DNA of 63,828 nt, filler included, from Blastocystis sp. subtype 4 (taxonomy: Eukaryota), in assembly GCF_000743755.1 (NCBI RefSeq). It is 18 parts of 18 records of this genome, joined end to end, with 100 filler letters (N's around TTAATTAATTAA, not from the genome) between each part and the next. Parts side by side here need not be neighbours in the genome. Positions count along the whole stretch, not along the records: positions 13,350 to 16,512 come from NW_014568961.1; positions 16,613 to 22,636 come from NW_014568960.1; positions 22,737 to 25,805 come from NW_014568959.1; positions 25,906 to 29,050 come from NW_014568958.1; 14 more parts are not named here. One strand, given 5' to 3'. Below, piece after piece: positions 14,519 to 27,500 of the stretch. Each line of letters begins with the position of its first letter. Position 1 is the stretch's first letter. The position numbers were made by a program, and so were the translations under genes. Below the pieces are notes generated by a model. That model made no database searches and was not told the origin of the DNA. It saw nothing but the letters and a program-made list of their open reading frames with translations.

Positions 14519-14721
14519 ATGGCTCCAGGACTTGATAAAGTGCTGCTTTACTCATTGACCTTTGCTACACTCCTTGGTGTATGTGGTCTTACCTATTGTC
14601 GTCAACATGTGAGTTTAAGAGGAATAGTTGATAATAGGACTTGATTGAACCTATTGACCTAGATGAAGGTGATAATCGGAAACTATTTGGATTTGGAAGC
14701 AAGAAATCGAATTCTGAGTAG
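14519..14721 (+). CDS. 57-aa single-TM microprotein (two exons), absent from the ORF track
   Basis: MAPGLDKVLLYSLTFATLLGVCGLTYCRQH, GT-AG intron 14609-14637, then DLIEPIDLDEGDNRKLFGFGSKKSNSE*. TGTTTGTT near 14774. Confidence 0.6.
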
Positions 14722-14993
14722 CTTTTCGCTTTTAAGTGTGTCATCTACTATGTTATTATAATAGAATCTAGAACTGTTTGTTAAATCAATGAAAGGATGT
14801 TAGTTCCTTTTCCAGATTCTTTTGAGAATGCGAATTGTAGATTGTTTCGAATTTACTTTGAATCATAGAAGAATCCAGATGATGAAAAGAAATCAAATGG
14901 TTGTCATTCGTGTGTTTCTTGTAATACGTAGAGGAAACTATTGATGATGTGATCAAAGGTTGATAGTGGACTAGAGTTTCATTATTCATAGAG

Positions 14994-16487
14994 ATGGAGA
15001 ATACCGAAGTTGTTGAAGGAGAAGATGTAATCAATTTGGATGATGATGGTTTGATTTGGTTGGAATATGTGTGATTTATAGATTTGATTGTTGTAGATGC
15101 TAAAGAGTTCTTGGATCATATGGAACACGAGGGTAGGTATGGGTATATATTTCAATTGAAGCCAAAAACCATATAGAGCAAGAAGATACAGTTTCAACGG
15201 AGGATGAGGATAGTGACATTCATCGTGATTCAGTTTGTGTAGGTTTGGATTGATAGAATTACAGTTAGAGCTTCGAAGGTCACAACGACTCGGTGTTAAG
15301 TGTTGCATTCAATCCAAGTCGTCCTCTCATTCTTGCTACAGGAGGTCAAGATGACCGAGCATTTTTGTTGGCTATAAGTGAAGATGAGAAACCTTCGATC
15401 ACAAGTATCGCACTTACAGGTCATCAGGATAGTGTGTGTTGTGTTGGATTCAACTCCACTGGAGAGTATCTCGCAACGTGCGATATGAATGGTGTGATCA
15501 AGATCTGGAATACACGGAATGGAGAACTAGTAAAGTCATTGGAAGGTCCAGAGGAGCCTGAGTGGATTCGGTGGCATAACAAGACAAATGTCCTCTTTGC
15601 TTCAGGCAATGATTTCTCGATCTGGAGTTGGAGTCTTCCTGGAGGAGTGGCATTGCCAGTAAGGTAGAGAAGGAGATATAAAGTAGATGTTGACTGGACA
15701 TACGGCCACAGTGACCTGTGCCGTTACGAATCCTTCAGGTCAAGTAAGAGTGAAGTGATGAATGTGATGTAGTTACTGTTGACTGGATCCATGGATAATA
15801 CCTTGAAATTGTGGAAACTGAAGTCTCATGAATTGGTATACAGTTTCAAGGCGGATGAGTAGAGAATGAAAGTGAATGAGACATAGACACAACTGGCATG
15901 AAGGTGGAATAGTGTGTGTTGATGTGCATCCCAAGACTTCTTTGTGTGTTAGCGGAGCTCGTGATGGTTCTGTGAAGATTTGTAATGCCAAGACCCACCG
16001 AGTGAGGAAGGTACTGCTGAATGAAGTGTAGGTATTAGGTGGTTACGAACATACCAGTACTGACTCATATATGAATTGTAGTGTGGAATGGTAATGATGA
16101 GAGTGAAGAATGATCATTAGTGTGAAGTTCAATGAACAGTTCAATTGGGTAGCATCGGCAAGTATGAATGGAAGTGTATTGGTTTATGACTACGATACAA
16201 ATCGGATTCGTCACGAACTCCGTCACAATGGAGGTGTGGTGAAGTTATTATGGCATCCCAATGCCTTTGTACTGGTAACAGGTTGTCTTGATGGATGTAT
16301 CTATGTATGGGATGCTCGGAGTGGACGGAATCTCTACACTCTATCAGGACACACTGTTGGATTGAATAGGATGCATAAGGAATAGGATCTGTTACTTGAT
16401 ATGGATATATGTGTAAAGGATAAGATGTTGTATATTGCATCAGTATCGGATGATAAAACATGCCAGGTATTCTGTGTAAGAGTGTAA
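14994..16487 (+). CDS. WD40-repeat protein, SQT1/AAMP-like
   Basis: Acidic N-terminus; GH...WD repeats ('GHNDSVLSVAFNP', 'LATGGQDD', 'GPEEPEWIRWH', 'TGCLDGCIYVWDAR'); many short introns. Confidence 0.75.
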
Positions 16488-16612
16488 CAAACAGTTCTTT
16501 CATTGGTTTGTTNNNNNNNNNNNNNNNNNNNNNNNNNNNNNNNNNNNNNNNNNNNNTTAATTAATTAANNNNNNNNNNNNNNNNNNNNNNNNNNNNNNNN
16601 NNNNNNNNNNNN

Positions 16613-18071
16613 CAGTGAATGTGAGAACAACCTTCTGACTGGCTCCATCACTCTGAGCATTGATAGTCACAGACTGGGAAGAAACCCTTTCTGTTGGAGT
16701 TCCAGAAATGATACAAGTATCTGGATCAAGTGTCAGACCATCAGGAAGTGCTGGAGAGATAGAACAATCAGTATAACCAAACATAGTGGGAACGATGTTG
16801 ATTACATCATAGTTCTTGTAGAACGAATATTGGCTTTGAGGATAGGATACATTCGTTGGAACAGGACGATTACAGACAAGAAATTGGAGCTCATGCACAT
16901 AAATAGCTCCTTCCTGAGATGTTTGAGTATTGAATCGAATCAGAGGGTACTTGGGAAGTGTACTCACTAAATCCCATTGAGCTCATGTACTTGATTCGTA
17001 AACTTGTCCAGAAATGAGTATAATAGTATTCCAATCAGATGATGTGGATGTTGCACTCAATCGAAAAACTACTTGGTCCATTTTTCGGGTGTGTATAAGG
17101 CCATAAACGAAAAGAGTTGATATAAGGAATAGATCTAGATATCTCGAAAGTGAGTGAACCAGGAGGATCAGAAAGATAAGCTCGAGTGTCTCGAAAACGC
17201 TACAGCATAATTCGGATTCTCAAATCCAGTTGATGTAGCTATGAATTCATTTGGAACAACGAAACAATTGTTTGAAGAACTCAAACCAGCCATGAGTGAA
17301 ATGAATCAAACTGAATTTGTCCAGAGATTGAAAGATCCACAGGATGGACTTCAACAGCCAGAATACTTGACACAGTCACCTCATTAGCACTGCGAATGAT
17401 TCCATGATAGTCATAGAATGAATAGCTTCCTGTAGCCACAGTACTACTCGTTGGTTCACCATCAGACATGTTGTCTCGATACACTTCAGCACCATTAATG
17501 TAAGCCACAACACCAAATCGATAGTTCAGTTGCAACTCAAAAGTGGCCATATTGTCAATTCCAGTGAACTGTCTACGGAAGTATTAAACTCCTTGTCCAA
17601 CTACTGCTTCTCTACCTGCCATATAGTCAGTCCAAGTACTATCATCAAAGCTGTACTCTTTCCAGTTTCCAAAGGGGTTATTAGTGTATTTCCAAGGTTC
17701 ATTCTTGTTGATAGGAGAATACAAAGACAAAGGTTCTGTCTGAGTTCTTCCTTCAGTCATCATTGTCTTGTACAAGCCCATGAATCACCATAACTATCGA
17801 TCATTTCTAGAGTATACTGATGGTTTGTGGAAGCTGACAAGCACACTTCAATCTCTCTTTCACCACTAGCCGCAAATGAAGGAGAAGTATAAACGACTGT
17901 TGAACCAGAATAAATCCTGAATGACTCTTCACTTGAAAAGGATCTAGTCTTTTTGGTTATCTTTGTATAAACCTGATTGGAAGGACAATCAAGAGCAGAA
18001 GCGATTATTACTATGAGTGATATAACTAATGTGCACACACAAAGAATGGCTAATAACAAAACCCAATCCAT
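16613..18071 (-). pseudogene. Disrupted copy of the large surface-protein family (signal peptide, beta-sandwich and Ig-like modules)
   Basis: Homologous to 36792-38702 and 57778-60674 ('YRFGVVAYINGAEVYRDNM', 'ISPALPDGLTLDPDTCIISGTP'). Frameshift near 17780, in-frame TAA at 17584-17586, further frameshifts near 17280 and about 17000. Confidence 0.65.
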
Positions 18072-19055
18072 TTGGAAAAGAACCAGTTGTATGACAGTTA
18101 AGATATACAGTCTTTCGAATTCTATTAGAATGCACGAACAGTAATCATATAATAAAAGCAGACTTGTGCTTCCGCATTGGAGTTGTGTCCTATTAGAAGA
18201 ATTCGCAACTGTGTTTCTCTAACTCAATTAGTTCATTCTGTACTAAGTCGGAATAAAAAACAGAGAAACTATGATATCACTTATCACTCAGATATGATGT
18301 GTGTACAAGTTGAAGGGACTGCTTTAAAAGTATAAGAGTGTATTGAAGACGGGTTTGGACAAACAATACTTAGAGAAGAAACGGATTGATGAGAAGAGAG
18401 ACAAAAGAGAAGATAGATGGATTGGATATAGCAAAGATAGGTAGTTCTGTGGGATGTTTCATCCCAGGTCTGAATCTTATTGCCACACCAATGGCAGTAG
18501 TATCAGCGATTGCTCCAACAAAGTGCAAGAAGAGTTGAATACACTAAGAAGAAACTATGATGGATGCAATAATAGAATTAGTAGAGACTAGAAGTACTTG
18601 AGAAGAATTGATCAGATACTACAGAACTATGATTTGAGATGTGTGTTACTGTTTAGTTGAGTAACAAGAATGAATAGAAGAGTATTGAAGAAGTCAATAG
18701 AAGAACCTATGAAACTATCTGGACAATCGAAGGATCATTCCCATGCTCCTATCCTCTTGATCACTTCTCCTTCACATTCATCATTAACAGAACTCATCAT
18801 TCTCCAACCTGCAAACCGAAATACCAGTATTCTCATTTATATTCCACTTTCTTCAGTAGCACTTCTCATCTCTCAACTGACCATCCATTATCAAGTACTC
18901 TAACATTCAGTAGGTTGATAACACTATGTGTTCTTGAATTGTCGTACATGGAAATAGTACCACTTGTATGTGACATACGATACTTGCCTTCTATCAGATA
19001 AGAACTGCAACATAACATATTGACAATTAGTGTTTCGTATCATAAAACAAACAGA

Positions 19056-19556
19056 TCACACCACAACATCAGTCTTTTCAGGAGGAGATGAAGTTGGTTT
19101 CTTCAATTCGTATTGTTGAAGGCAGTAGATGACGCTGGCTAAAGGAATGCAAAGGCATTCGCCAAACATCAACAATGGTTTATATTGATTGGATGAATCA
19201 ATTGCAATAGAGACTGTAGGTTGCATAATAAACAACAAGGCAATAATACTAAAGGCAAGACCACAGATTGGTTTATCACTAGTAACAATCTGCATAATAC
19301 CTGAAGAGAATAAGACAACTCCTCCCAGAGTAATAGAGATTACGAAATTGTTGCTCACACTTGAACACACCCTCTTCATATCGTATGGATCATACCAAGA
19401 ACCAGACCCCTTATAGTATTTGCATTCTTCAGTGTTCTTTTGACCAAAATCATAATGATAACCCAAATTTACTAATCCAATGACAAAAGCAGCCACTCCT
19501 AGTCCCATCTCTATGATGATAAGAAAGACAACACAAACCTTCAGCCAATAACATCG
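19056..19556 (-). CDS. Small multi-pass membrane protein, function unknown
   Basis: About four hydrophobic segments; TGA followed by TC-TGTTTGTT; 5' exon inferred via a short intron. Confidence 0.55.
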   Translation of the reverse strand, partial: RCYWLKVCVVFLIIIEMGLGVAAFVIGLVNLGYHYDFGQKNTEECKYYKGSGSWYDPYDMKRVCSSVSNNFVISITLGGVVLFSSGIMQIVTSDKPICGLAFSIIALLFIMQPTVSIAIDSSNQYKPLLMFGECLCIPLASVIYCLQQYELKKPTSSPPEKTDVVV

Positions 19557-20201
19557 GCTTCGATATGAGTTTCTCGGTAGTTTGGTTTTGCACTCATAAA
19601 ATAAAAATAAATAAGAACAGACAGTTCAAAACATGAATTAATGAAATGATAACAAATTGATGAGATAGAAAGTGATTGACATGAAATGTGAGATATGAAT
19701 AGAATTGATATGATATGAGAGTGTAGATATAAATGGAAATAAGAAATGAATGATATGAGTAATGAATGATGAGAATGATATCCCCGTGATTGTATTCAGT
19801 AATATTGAATAGGAGTGAAGAGATGATAGTAGAATAGTAAGATACGAATGAAAGTGAATGTGGAGTGAGATGAATGAAATGGGCTAATGGGGTATTTGGG
19901 GATCCGAATTGTCGCATGAATGATGACAGAATTAGTATTGATGTTTGAAGTAGCTTGAATATGGAGAGAAAGGATGGGTATTGTGAAGAATAATATGTTT
20001 TTGAATTGAAAGTCAAAAGTTACTAAGAACTGATGTTTGTTATGATAAGAATGGAAAGAAGAGTAGATGGATAGAAAGAAGGAATACCTCTGATTTGAAG
20101 AGTATTGAAATGAATGGCATAAAACAGATGTTGAATAGAATCCAATAATATGAATTGTTAAGAATTCTTTATACTCTGGTGTTCATTATGGTTAGACTAA
20201 T

Positions 20202-22636
20202 ATGAACAACATCGATGGTACGAATTGTTGTTCAAGTCTTGAATTCCTTGGTGATTATAAGATAAAAAGTGTTGAAGTGAAGAAAGGTGATGAGTTGATT
20301 GGAGACGCAATTATTGGATTATTGATAGAGAATGAAGAATATGAGTTGAGAGTATCAATGAAAGAAGGAAAGAAAGAAGGAATAGGATTGATTGTGAGAG
20401 AAGATGGAACACCGTTTATAAGAATGATGTTTGTGAATGATGAATGTGAAGGAGAAGTGACAAAGATGAATGAATACTACGGAACCGTTTTGAAAGGAAG
20501 AGTATCAAAAGGAAAGGAGGTTGGAATATGGATAGAATATGATGATGATGGAAATGAGATATGGAGAGGATTGTATCGAAATGGAAAGCGATATTCGATA
20601 TTGAAGGAAGAAGAAGGAATGAAAGGATTCTATTCAGAAATGAGTGTGAATGGCGATTTGTTGAATGTGAGTGAATATGATGATGAATGGAGAAAGAATG
20701 GTAAGTGTTTTGAGTATGAAGGAGGAAGAATGGTTAGAGAATGTGAATACAAGAATGGAGTAATGATTCAAGTATTGAGAGAATGGAAAGGAGAATGTAT
20801 GATTGAATATGATGATAATGGAATGAGAGTATATGAAGGAGGGTTTGAAGGAGATATGATGAAAGGATTTGTTCGAGAAGGAAGAGGTAAAGAGTTTGGA
20901 ATTGATGGAAAGAGAGTATTGTATGTAGGTGAATGGAAGAAAGGATTGAGAGATGGATATGGAAGTGAAATCAAAGGATATTGTCCTGTGTATATTGGAG
21001 AATGGAAGAATGGATTGAGACATGGAACTGGAAGAGAATTGAATGAGAATGGAACAGTTATGAGAAAAGGAAGATGGATTGAAGGAGTATATGAAGATGC
21101 AATCAAACGATTTGAAGATGGTTATGGAAATGATTTGAGTGTATTTGATATTGATTGTTTGAAAGGAATTGAGAGATTAGAGATAGGAAATGATTGTCTC
21201 AAGAAAGTGACTCTATTTGTGATTGATAGATTGAATGAACTGAAGAGTATGAAGATCGGAGAGAAAAGCTTCTCCGTTGATAAGGAGAATGGAAAAGGAA
21301 GCAAATGTTTGATAATGAATTGTGATCAATTGAAACAAATCTATTTTGGAGATAGATCATTCCTATTGTATGAATCATTTGAATTGAAGAATCTTCCTTC
21401 CCTTACTACTCTTGAAATGGGATGTGCTTCATTCTTGAAGTGTCATTTGATAGTATTTGATAGTATGAATGATTGAATGAATGATAAATGAGATCTGATT
21501 CCACTTCAATCTATTACTCTTGAATTAGGGGCTTTAGAAGGAGATGAAGATACTATTGAATCAAATGAATTGATAATGAAGAGTATGAATGATAATGATT
21601 GATTAATGAGATCTTCCTTTTCTCTCTATTCAAAGGAGATGGTCACAACTTCTGGTTTGTAGGCAAAGTAATGCTAGATAGTGATGATTGATGGATGTAT
21701 TTGAATTAGATATTCCATCTCTGACTTCAAATGGAATTGATTTGGGAGATGACGATACATTTAGTGAAGTGAATGAATTGAACAGCTCGAGTATGATTGA
21801 TGAATATATATTGATTGAGATGCTGATTCTCTTGAACATTACATCACTCTCAATAGCTATGTAACTCCTTCTAAACACCTGTTATCTCTTGATCGATCAG
21901 CATTCTGGATATGGGATATTAGTCAAATGAATGAGATTTGTAATTCTGTTGAATCAATTGTGATTCAAGGAGGAGTAGGAAGAGATGAAGAGAAGTCATT
22001 CACTCTCTCCAACCTTCCTTCTCTCATCACTCTTGAAATGGGTTGTGGTGCTTTCTGTATATGTCATTCGATAGTATTTGATAGTATGAATGATTGAATG
22101 AATGATAAATGAGATTTGACTCAACTTCAGTCTATTATTCTTGGATCCTTCGCCCTTAGTGCCGAAGATAATGATGTTGAAAAAGAATCAAGTTCATTGA
22201 GAATGAAGAGTATGAATGAATTGATATTGAATGATGAGATCTCCCTTCTTTGAATGTATTGAAAGGAAATGATAACAATTTCAGGTTTATAGTGAAAGTG
22301 ATTTTAGAGAGTGATTATTGATAATGGGATATGAATTAGATATTCCATTACTCACTGAAGATGGAGTTCAAATGAAGGAAAGTTCATTCACTGAAGTGAG
22401 AGAGTTACACAGTTCAAGTATGATTAATGAATTGATCTTGAATTAGATGCTGATTCTCTTGATCGATTCATTCGACTGATGATAAGGAGTGTTGGAGAAG
22501 TGATAAAGAAGAATGAGTATGGTAGTGTAGTATTGAGAGGAAGAGTATCAAAAGGAAAGGAGGTTGGAATATGGATAGAATATGATGATGATGGAAATGA
22601 GATATGGAGAGGATTGTATCGAAATGGAAAGCGATA
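20202..22636 (+). CDS. MORN-repeat + LRR family protein (3' truncated; apparent 2-nt frameshift near 21620)
   Basis: 424-aa first exon with MORN repeats (YVGEWKKGLRDGYG, YIGEWKNGLRHGTG), then LRR exons. A second MORN block starts near 22480. Confidence 0.75.
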
Positions 22637-22736
22637 NNNNNNNNNNNNNNNNNNNNNNNNNNNNNNNNNNNNNNNNNNNNTTAATTAATTAANNNNNNNN
22701 NNNNNNNNNNNNNNNNNNNNNNNNNNNNNNNNNNNN

Positions 22737-24157
22737 TTAGGATTGTTCAAATAGTAATCTGTTCTGTTTCCATCAATCACAATCTCTTATTCTTCATTCA
22801 CATTGAACAATTGGAATCAATGTGAATACAACCATAACTGGTATCAGTATTGGATATTGAGAGTTCATACAGTATATTCTAAGTTGTACATATTCTCATA
22901 TTCTCTCTTTATCTTTGTTTTATTCTTCTCTCTCAACAATCCCACCTTTCTTCATATTCAATAAGATATAATATTCCATTGTATATTCGAAGAACAGATA
23001 GATTAGGATGGAACCAATTTCATGAATTCTATGAGGATTATGTAAGCTTCTATCAACATCAGACAGATGGCAGTTGTGATACTTCTTATTTCCTTTATTC
23101 TTTACCTCAAGAGTACTACTATATCAATGAAGGATCAGCTTCTTTGAAAGAGAATGAAATACGTGTCTTTCATAAGAAATACATTTGTTCATCACCACAA
23201 ATACTAAATCGAAGATTCTCTAAGTTTCTTGTATCCAATCTCCCAGTACAATTGAATCAACATAATGATTGATAGAATAGTCGAGTTTCATTGAAACATG
23301 CTTTGGTTGTTCCTATGTTCAAGTATCGAAGTATCTATCATTATCTCGAGATCTTTTCTGTCCTCGTACACTACTACTCTCGATTATCTGATTATCCTAT
23401 TGTATCATTTCTACATATTATTCATCGATAGCCAGAAGTCATCTGGTTCTATGTGAATGCTAAGGGGATAAGAGAAAGGGAGTGGGTTGATGAACTCATA
23501 TCTTCTTTCAATTCCTGAACAGATTCGTCCTGTTGTTGTTCTGAATGAAAACTTCACTAAGGAATCATCTGTTACTCTGATTGATTCTGTAAGATGTCTG
23601 GTTAGACTACTGATTAGATCATTGCACCATTGAAGGATGATATGTTACGTCCATTCAATTCAAGAAAGGATTTGAATAGGATTCGTAATACTGCCTATAG
23701 TCGATTCAAACCAATTCCTTATGTTGATGTGATTATCAATGAAAGATTATTGAGATGCAGACGCCTTGTGAATCTGATAGATCTCTCACAAGCCATTTCA
23801 TCTCTGAATCTGAGTTACCGAGTGATTCATTTTGAGAACATGACTTTTGCTGAACAAGTGTCTTCATTACGATTCACAAGAGTATTGATCTCAATACATG
23901 GAGCAGGATTATCCAATATCATCTTTCTTCAACCAGGAAGTACAGTGATAGAACTAATGCATCCATTGTTGAATGCTCCATTCTATCGATTCTTATCTTA
24001 TTATGCCTCTCTCAATTACATTCTCATCAAAGATGTCAAACCAGTGAGTGATTCATGTGCAAATCGTCGTGATTGGAGTCCATATCTCTCTTATAATCTT
24101 CAAGCAAATGTGACAACAATAGTAGAAGCCATCCAAGACATCAGTTTTAACATATGA
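22737..24157 (+). CDS. Glycosyltransferase family 61 (DUF563)-like protein
   Basis: 'FENMTFAEQV...VLISIHGAGLSNIIFLQPGSTVIEL' is the GT61 signature. 5' exons uncertain and possibly disrupted. Confidence 0.75.
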
Positions 24158-24189
24158 GTTGATGATTGTTGATATTCTATTGATTGATG

Positions 24190-24810
24190 TGAGTTGCTAG
24201 CAACATCTCGAGTAGTGTTGATTACATTCTTCAAATCTTCATTATNTGTCTTACTTGCCAACGTATCAGCTCCTTTGTCAATGTACTTCTGAGCAGTGTT
24301 TGAAGCAGCAGTAACAAGTGCATTCTTGATTGGTTTGAATTGTTCACTGTTATAGATCGTTTTCAGTTTCTTCCATGCATTTGACATCCAATCACTGAAC
24401 TTTCCTGAACCAATCACACCACCTCCAGACAGATATCGACCCTGTCCTCGAATCTTCTTCATCACACTTTCCAATTCATCTAGCTTATCATCTGATAACT
24501 CACTCAAATGATACAATTTGTTCACATCAGATCCACCACACTTCTTCATCCATCTACCACCTATCTTTCCACTTGCTTTCTCTCTATTACCCTTTCGAAC
24601 ATCACTGATTGCTTTGATGATTTGTGGTGCAGATGCAATCAAAGATGATACAAGAGCTGCAGTTACTGCTCCTGCTCCTTTGATATCATCTCCTTTCTTC
24701 AATCTTCTCAATCCTTCTTCATTGAATGCTAAAGATCCTGCTGGTAATCTACTGTTACTGAATGAAAGTGCTCCAGCAAAAGCTAATAATTCAAAGTGTT
24801 CTTGAATGAT
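24190..24810 (-). mobile_element. Intronless virus-like ORF fragment resembling protease-processed pX/pVI-type proteins
   Basis: Frame is open from about 24897 to 24100. IKGA|G is followed by a hydrophobic helix; LSGG|G...GSG is followed by amphipathic KFSDWMSNAWKKLKTIYNS. Boundaries approximate. Confidence 0.4.
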
Positions 24811-25905
24811 GTGAATTGTGGAACAGTATGAAAAGTCATTTTGGAAGCTGAATGAACTCAGAATGTTGATAAGCGATTGTAAATGTGAGGTGAAAGATCA
24901 ATCGATTTCGATAGTATCATTTTCAATGGATCTGAAATCTCTGAATCCCATCCTTGTTATGTATATCCTCTTCTGATTCCATGTGTATTTCTTCTAATGC
25001 ATTTGATTCTGATTTGTCTATCCATTCCAATGAATATTCTTCATCACTTCCTGCATATGTGATTGGGTTCATTTGACATAGTGATTCCATATGATTACTT
25101 GATTCGTTTCTACGATACGAAAGTGAAGACACTATTCTCGTTCATTCACTGTTGAAGGAACCAATACCGATTATGCAAACTGGAATACTCTTTTTACATT
25201 TCAGATGGCATATAAGTGTTTGGTATCTGTTAACAGCATTATCTAAACGTGAATCAATTACTGACGCTACTTGCAGTTGTTAGACACATTGTTCACTACA
25301 CTATATCATTACACTTATCACTTTGTTCATCAAACTTGTGAATACTCTTGTCATCAACTGTCGGTATAAGAGAGAAATAAGACATCTTTCTCGACTGAAT
25401 CTGAGGACCTCAGGCCTCATCACCATTAGTATATCACAATAATGAATGTGTTTGAAATACAATATTACTCAGGAATGGAGAATAATGTACAATAATCATC
25501 CTTCCGAGTAACTCATCCTCACACTTATGATATCATAAGTCAAGAGAAGTCCAGACAAAGAAAGAACAAATAACATTGAAACACAATTTGATAATTGTAT
25601 TCACTATTATTGAAACAAACATGACTATTCAATATCAGTATTCAATCTAGTGTATCTTCTAATAGATCAAACCAATTCATATCAATTACATCTGTTTTCG
25701 AATAACATGAATGATACAGAATAGACACAAAACAACAACAATAAGACAAAGAATCAATAGTTCAGTGACAAAGGGATGAACTCTTCTCCATATTGTCATT
25801 GTTATNNNNNNNNNNNNNNNNNNNNNNNNNNNNNNNNNNNNNNNNNNNNTTAATTAATTAANNNNNNNNNNNNNNNNNNNNNNNNNNNNNNNNNNNNNNN
25901 NNNNN

Positions 25906-26001
<96 letters not shown>

Positions 26002-26106
26002 GTGTTTTTAGCCTTCGGGCTTTCTCTAGTTGGATTTGGTTCTACAAGTCTGGTTGATTGTGTTTGTTATACCTTGGTAAGCAACAAACAAAATGCTATT
26101 GTACAA

Positions 26107-26975
26107 TCATTGTCTTCTGAGAAAGCAACAACCAAAAACAGATTTCTTTGCAGATTTCTTAGGAGCTGTCAAAGGAGCTGTAACAGCCAGTCCACGTAAT
26201 TGCTGTCTGGCGATACGTTCAAACATCCTAGTAATACCTCGTCCAGAGTAGGCCGATACTTGGAAAAAATCAACGTGCATTGCAGAAGCAATTTCCTGCG
26301 TGACCTTTTCACCACTAGACAAACCCGTTTCATGAAACACCTCTTCCACCTGCTTCTTTCCTAGTTCTGAAAGCATAGGAGCAGGACTTGTATTCATCGG
26401 AGAAACTGCTCCAGATGATAATCCATTATTATTCACACATTCCATTTCCCCTTCTTCAAAGGAATTGCTAACAAGAGCGATATACGGATCTAGAAAATTA
26501 CAAAACAGGGTAATGAACACTTTTAAAGGCAAAGAGCAAGCGAAGATCTTCGATTACACGGACAAGTTCATCTCTCAGTAGTTCATTCGAGTAGTCGTTG
26601 TTCGTTACTATAAGTACAACATCTAAGGATTTCAATATCTTGGACATCTACCTATTACACTTCATGAGTAGGTACAGGTGAAGCTAAATCCACTTCACCT
26701 AATTGTTATAATACATTCCAGGATGTTACTCGAAAAGTCATTCACTATGAAACATACTTCCTTCCCATCGACAGTTCTGAAGATAACAGATTTGAATCAA
26801 CGAAATACATTTTATGTTCAATCCGAAAAACACCGTTTGTTGGCTTAAAACTCCGACTGAAGTAGTCATCAACAAAGCGTAACACAATTGATGTTTTACC
26901 AATTCCTATTCTCAATCACTTCAGTAATCCTCTACCTTCCTTACCAATTAGTCCAACACGAATTGAAGGAATCAT
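26107..26975 (-). CDS. Divergent Ras/Rab-superfamily small GTPase
   Basis: Spliced N-terminus 'IRVGLIGKEGIGKTSIVLRFVDDYFS' (P-loop), G5-like 'FFQVSAYSGRGITRMF', C-terminal GCC. Confidence 0.65.
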
Positions 26976-27500
26976 TTATGAATCAGCATGATATGAGCCA
27001 TTCGTTTCTCTGATGTTCGTATTTGTGTTTAACAACAATAATTCGGATATACACATAAGATTCTTCATCCACTCTTTTGGATACTAAGAAGAGTATTAAA
27101 TTCAACTAACCACACTAATGTGATAGTCGATATTGGTCATCCTAGAATCAAGTATGCGGAAAAATACCTACCAACGAAAAATCAGGTGGACTGAATAGAA
27201 AGAAATTGTCATCACCTCGTTGCTGGTCATATCTTCCACCCACAAAAACAGTATCTGAAGACTGCTCCTTCTGAGTCTCAATTTTCTTTCGTAGAAAGAT
27301 TGAGCCTAGCAGTTAATAATAAATCCAATAAAGTCTACCCATAGGAGAGGTAATACTAGGTAATTCAGGAAAACGGTCTTGGGTATTCGTTTCTACCCTA
27401 GGTTTTTGTTCTCCTTCCTTGTTCGTGTCCAATTCCATCGAACACAAGATTATTGTACTCAAAACAAAAAGCGAATTGGGTGATATTAACTTGGGTATTG

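Noticed and set aside
18280..18900. Coding-like, purine-rich stretch with a short hydrophobic segment
   Set aside because: Stops in the frames examined and no recognisable family; possibly a decayed gene but unsupported.
19594..20016. Hydrophobic 140-aa ORF (similarly 2023-2301 and 5290-5529)
   Set aside because: Products of low-complexity GA/AT-skewed intergenic DNA, with non-ATG starts and no motifs.
24900..25520. Faint resemblance to a legumain-like protease remnant
   Set aside because: Multiple stops and no catalytic motif that I could confirm.
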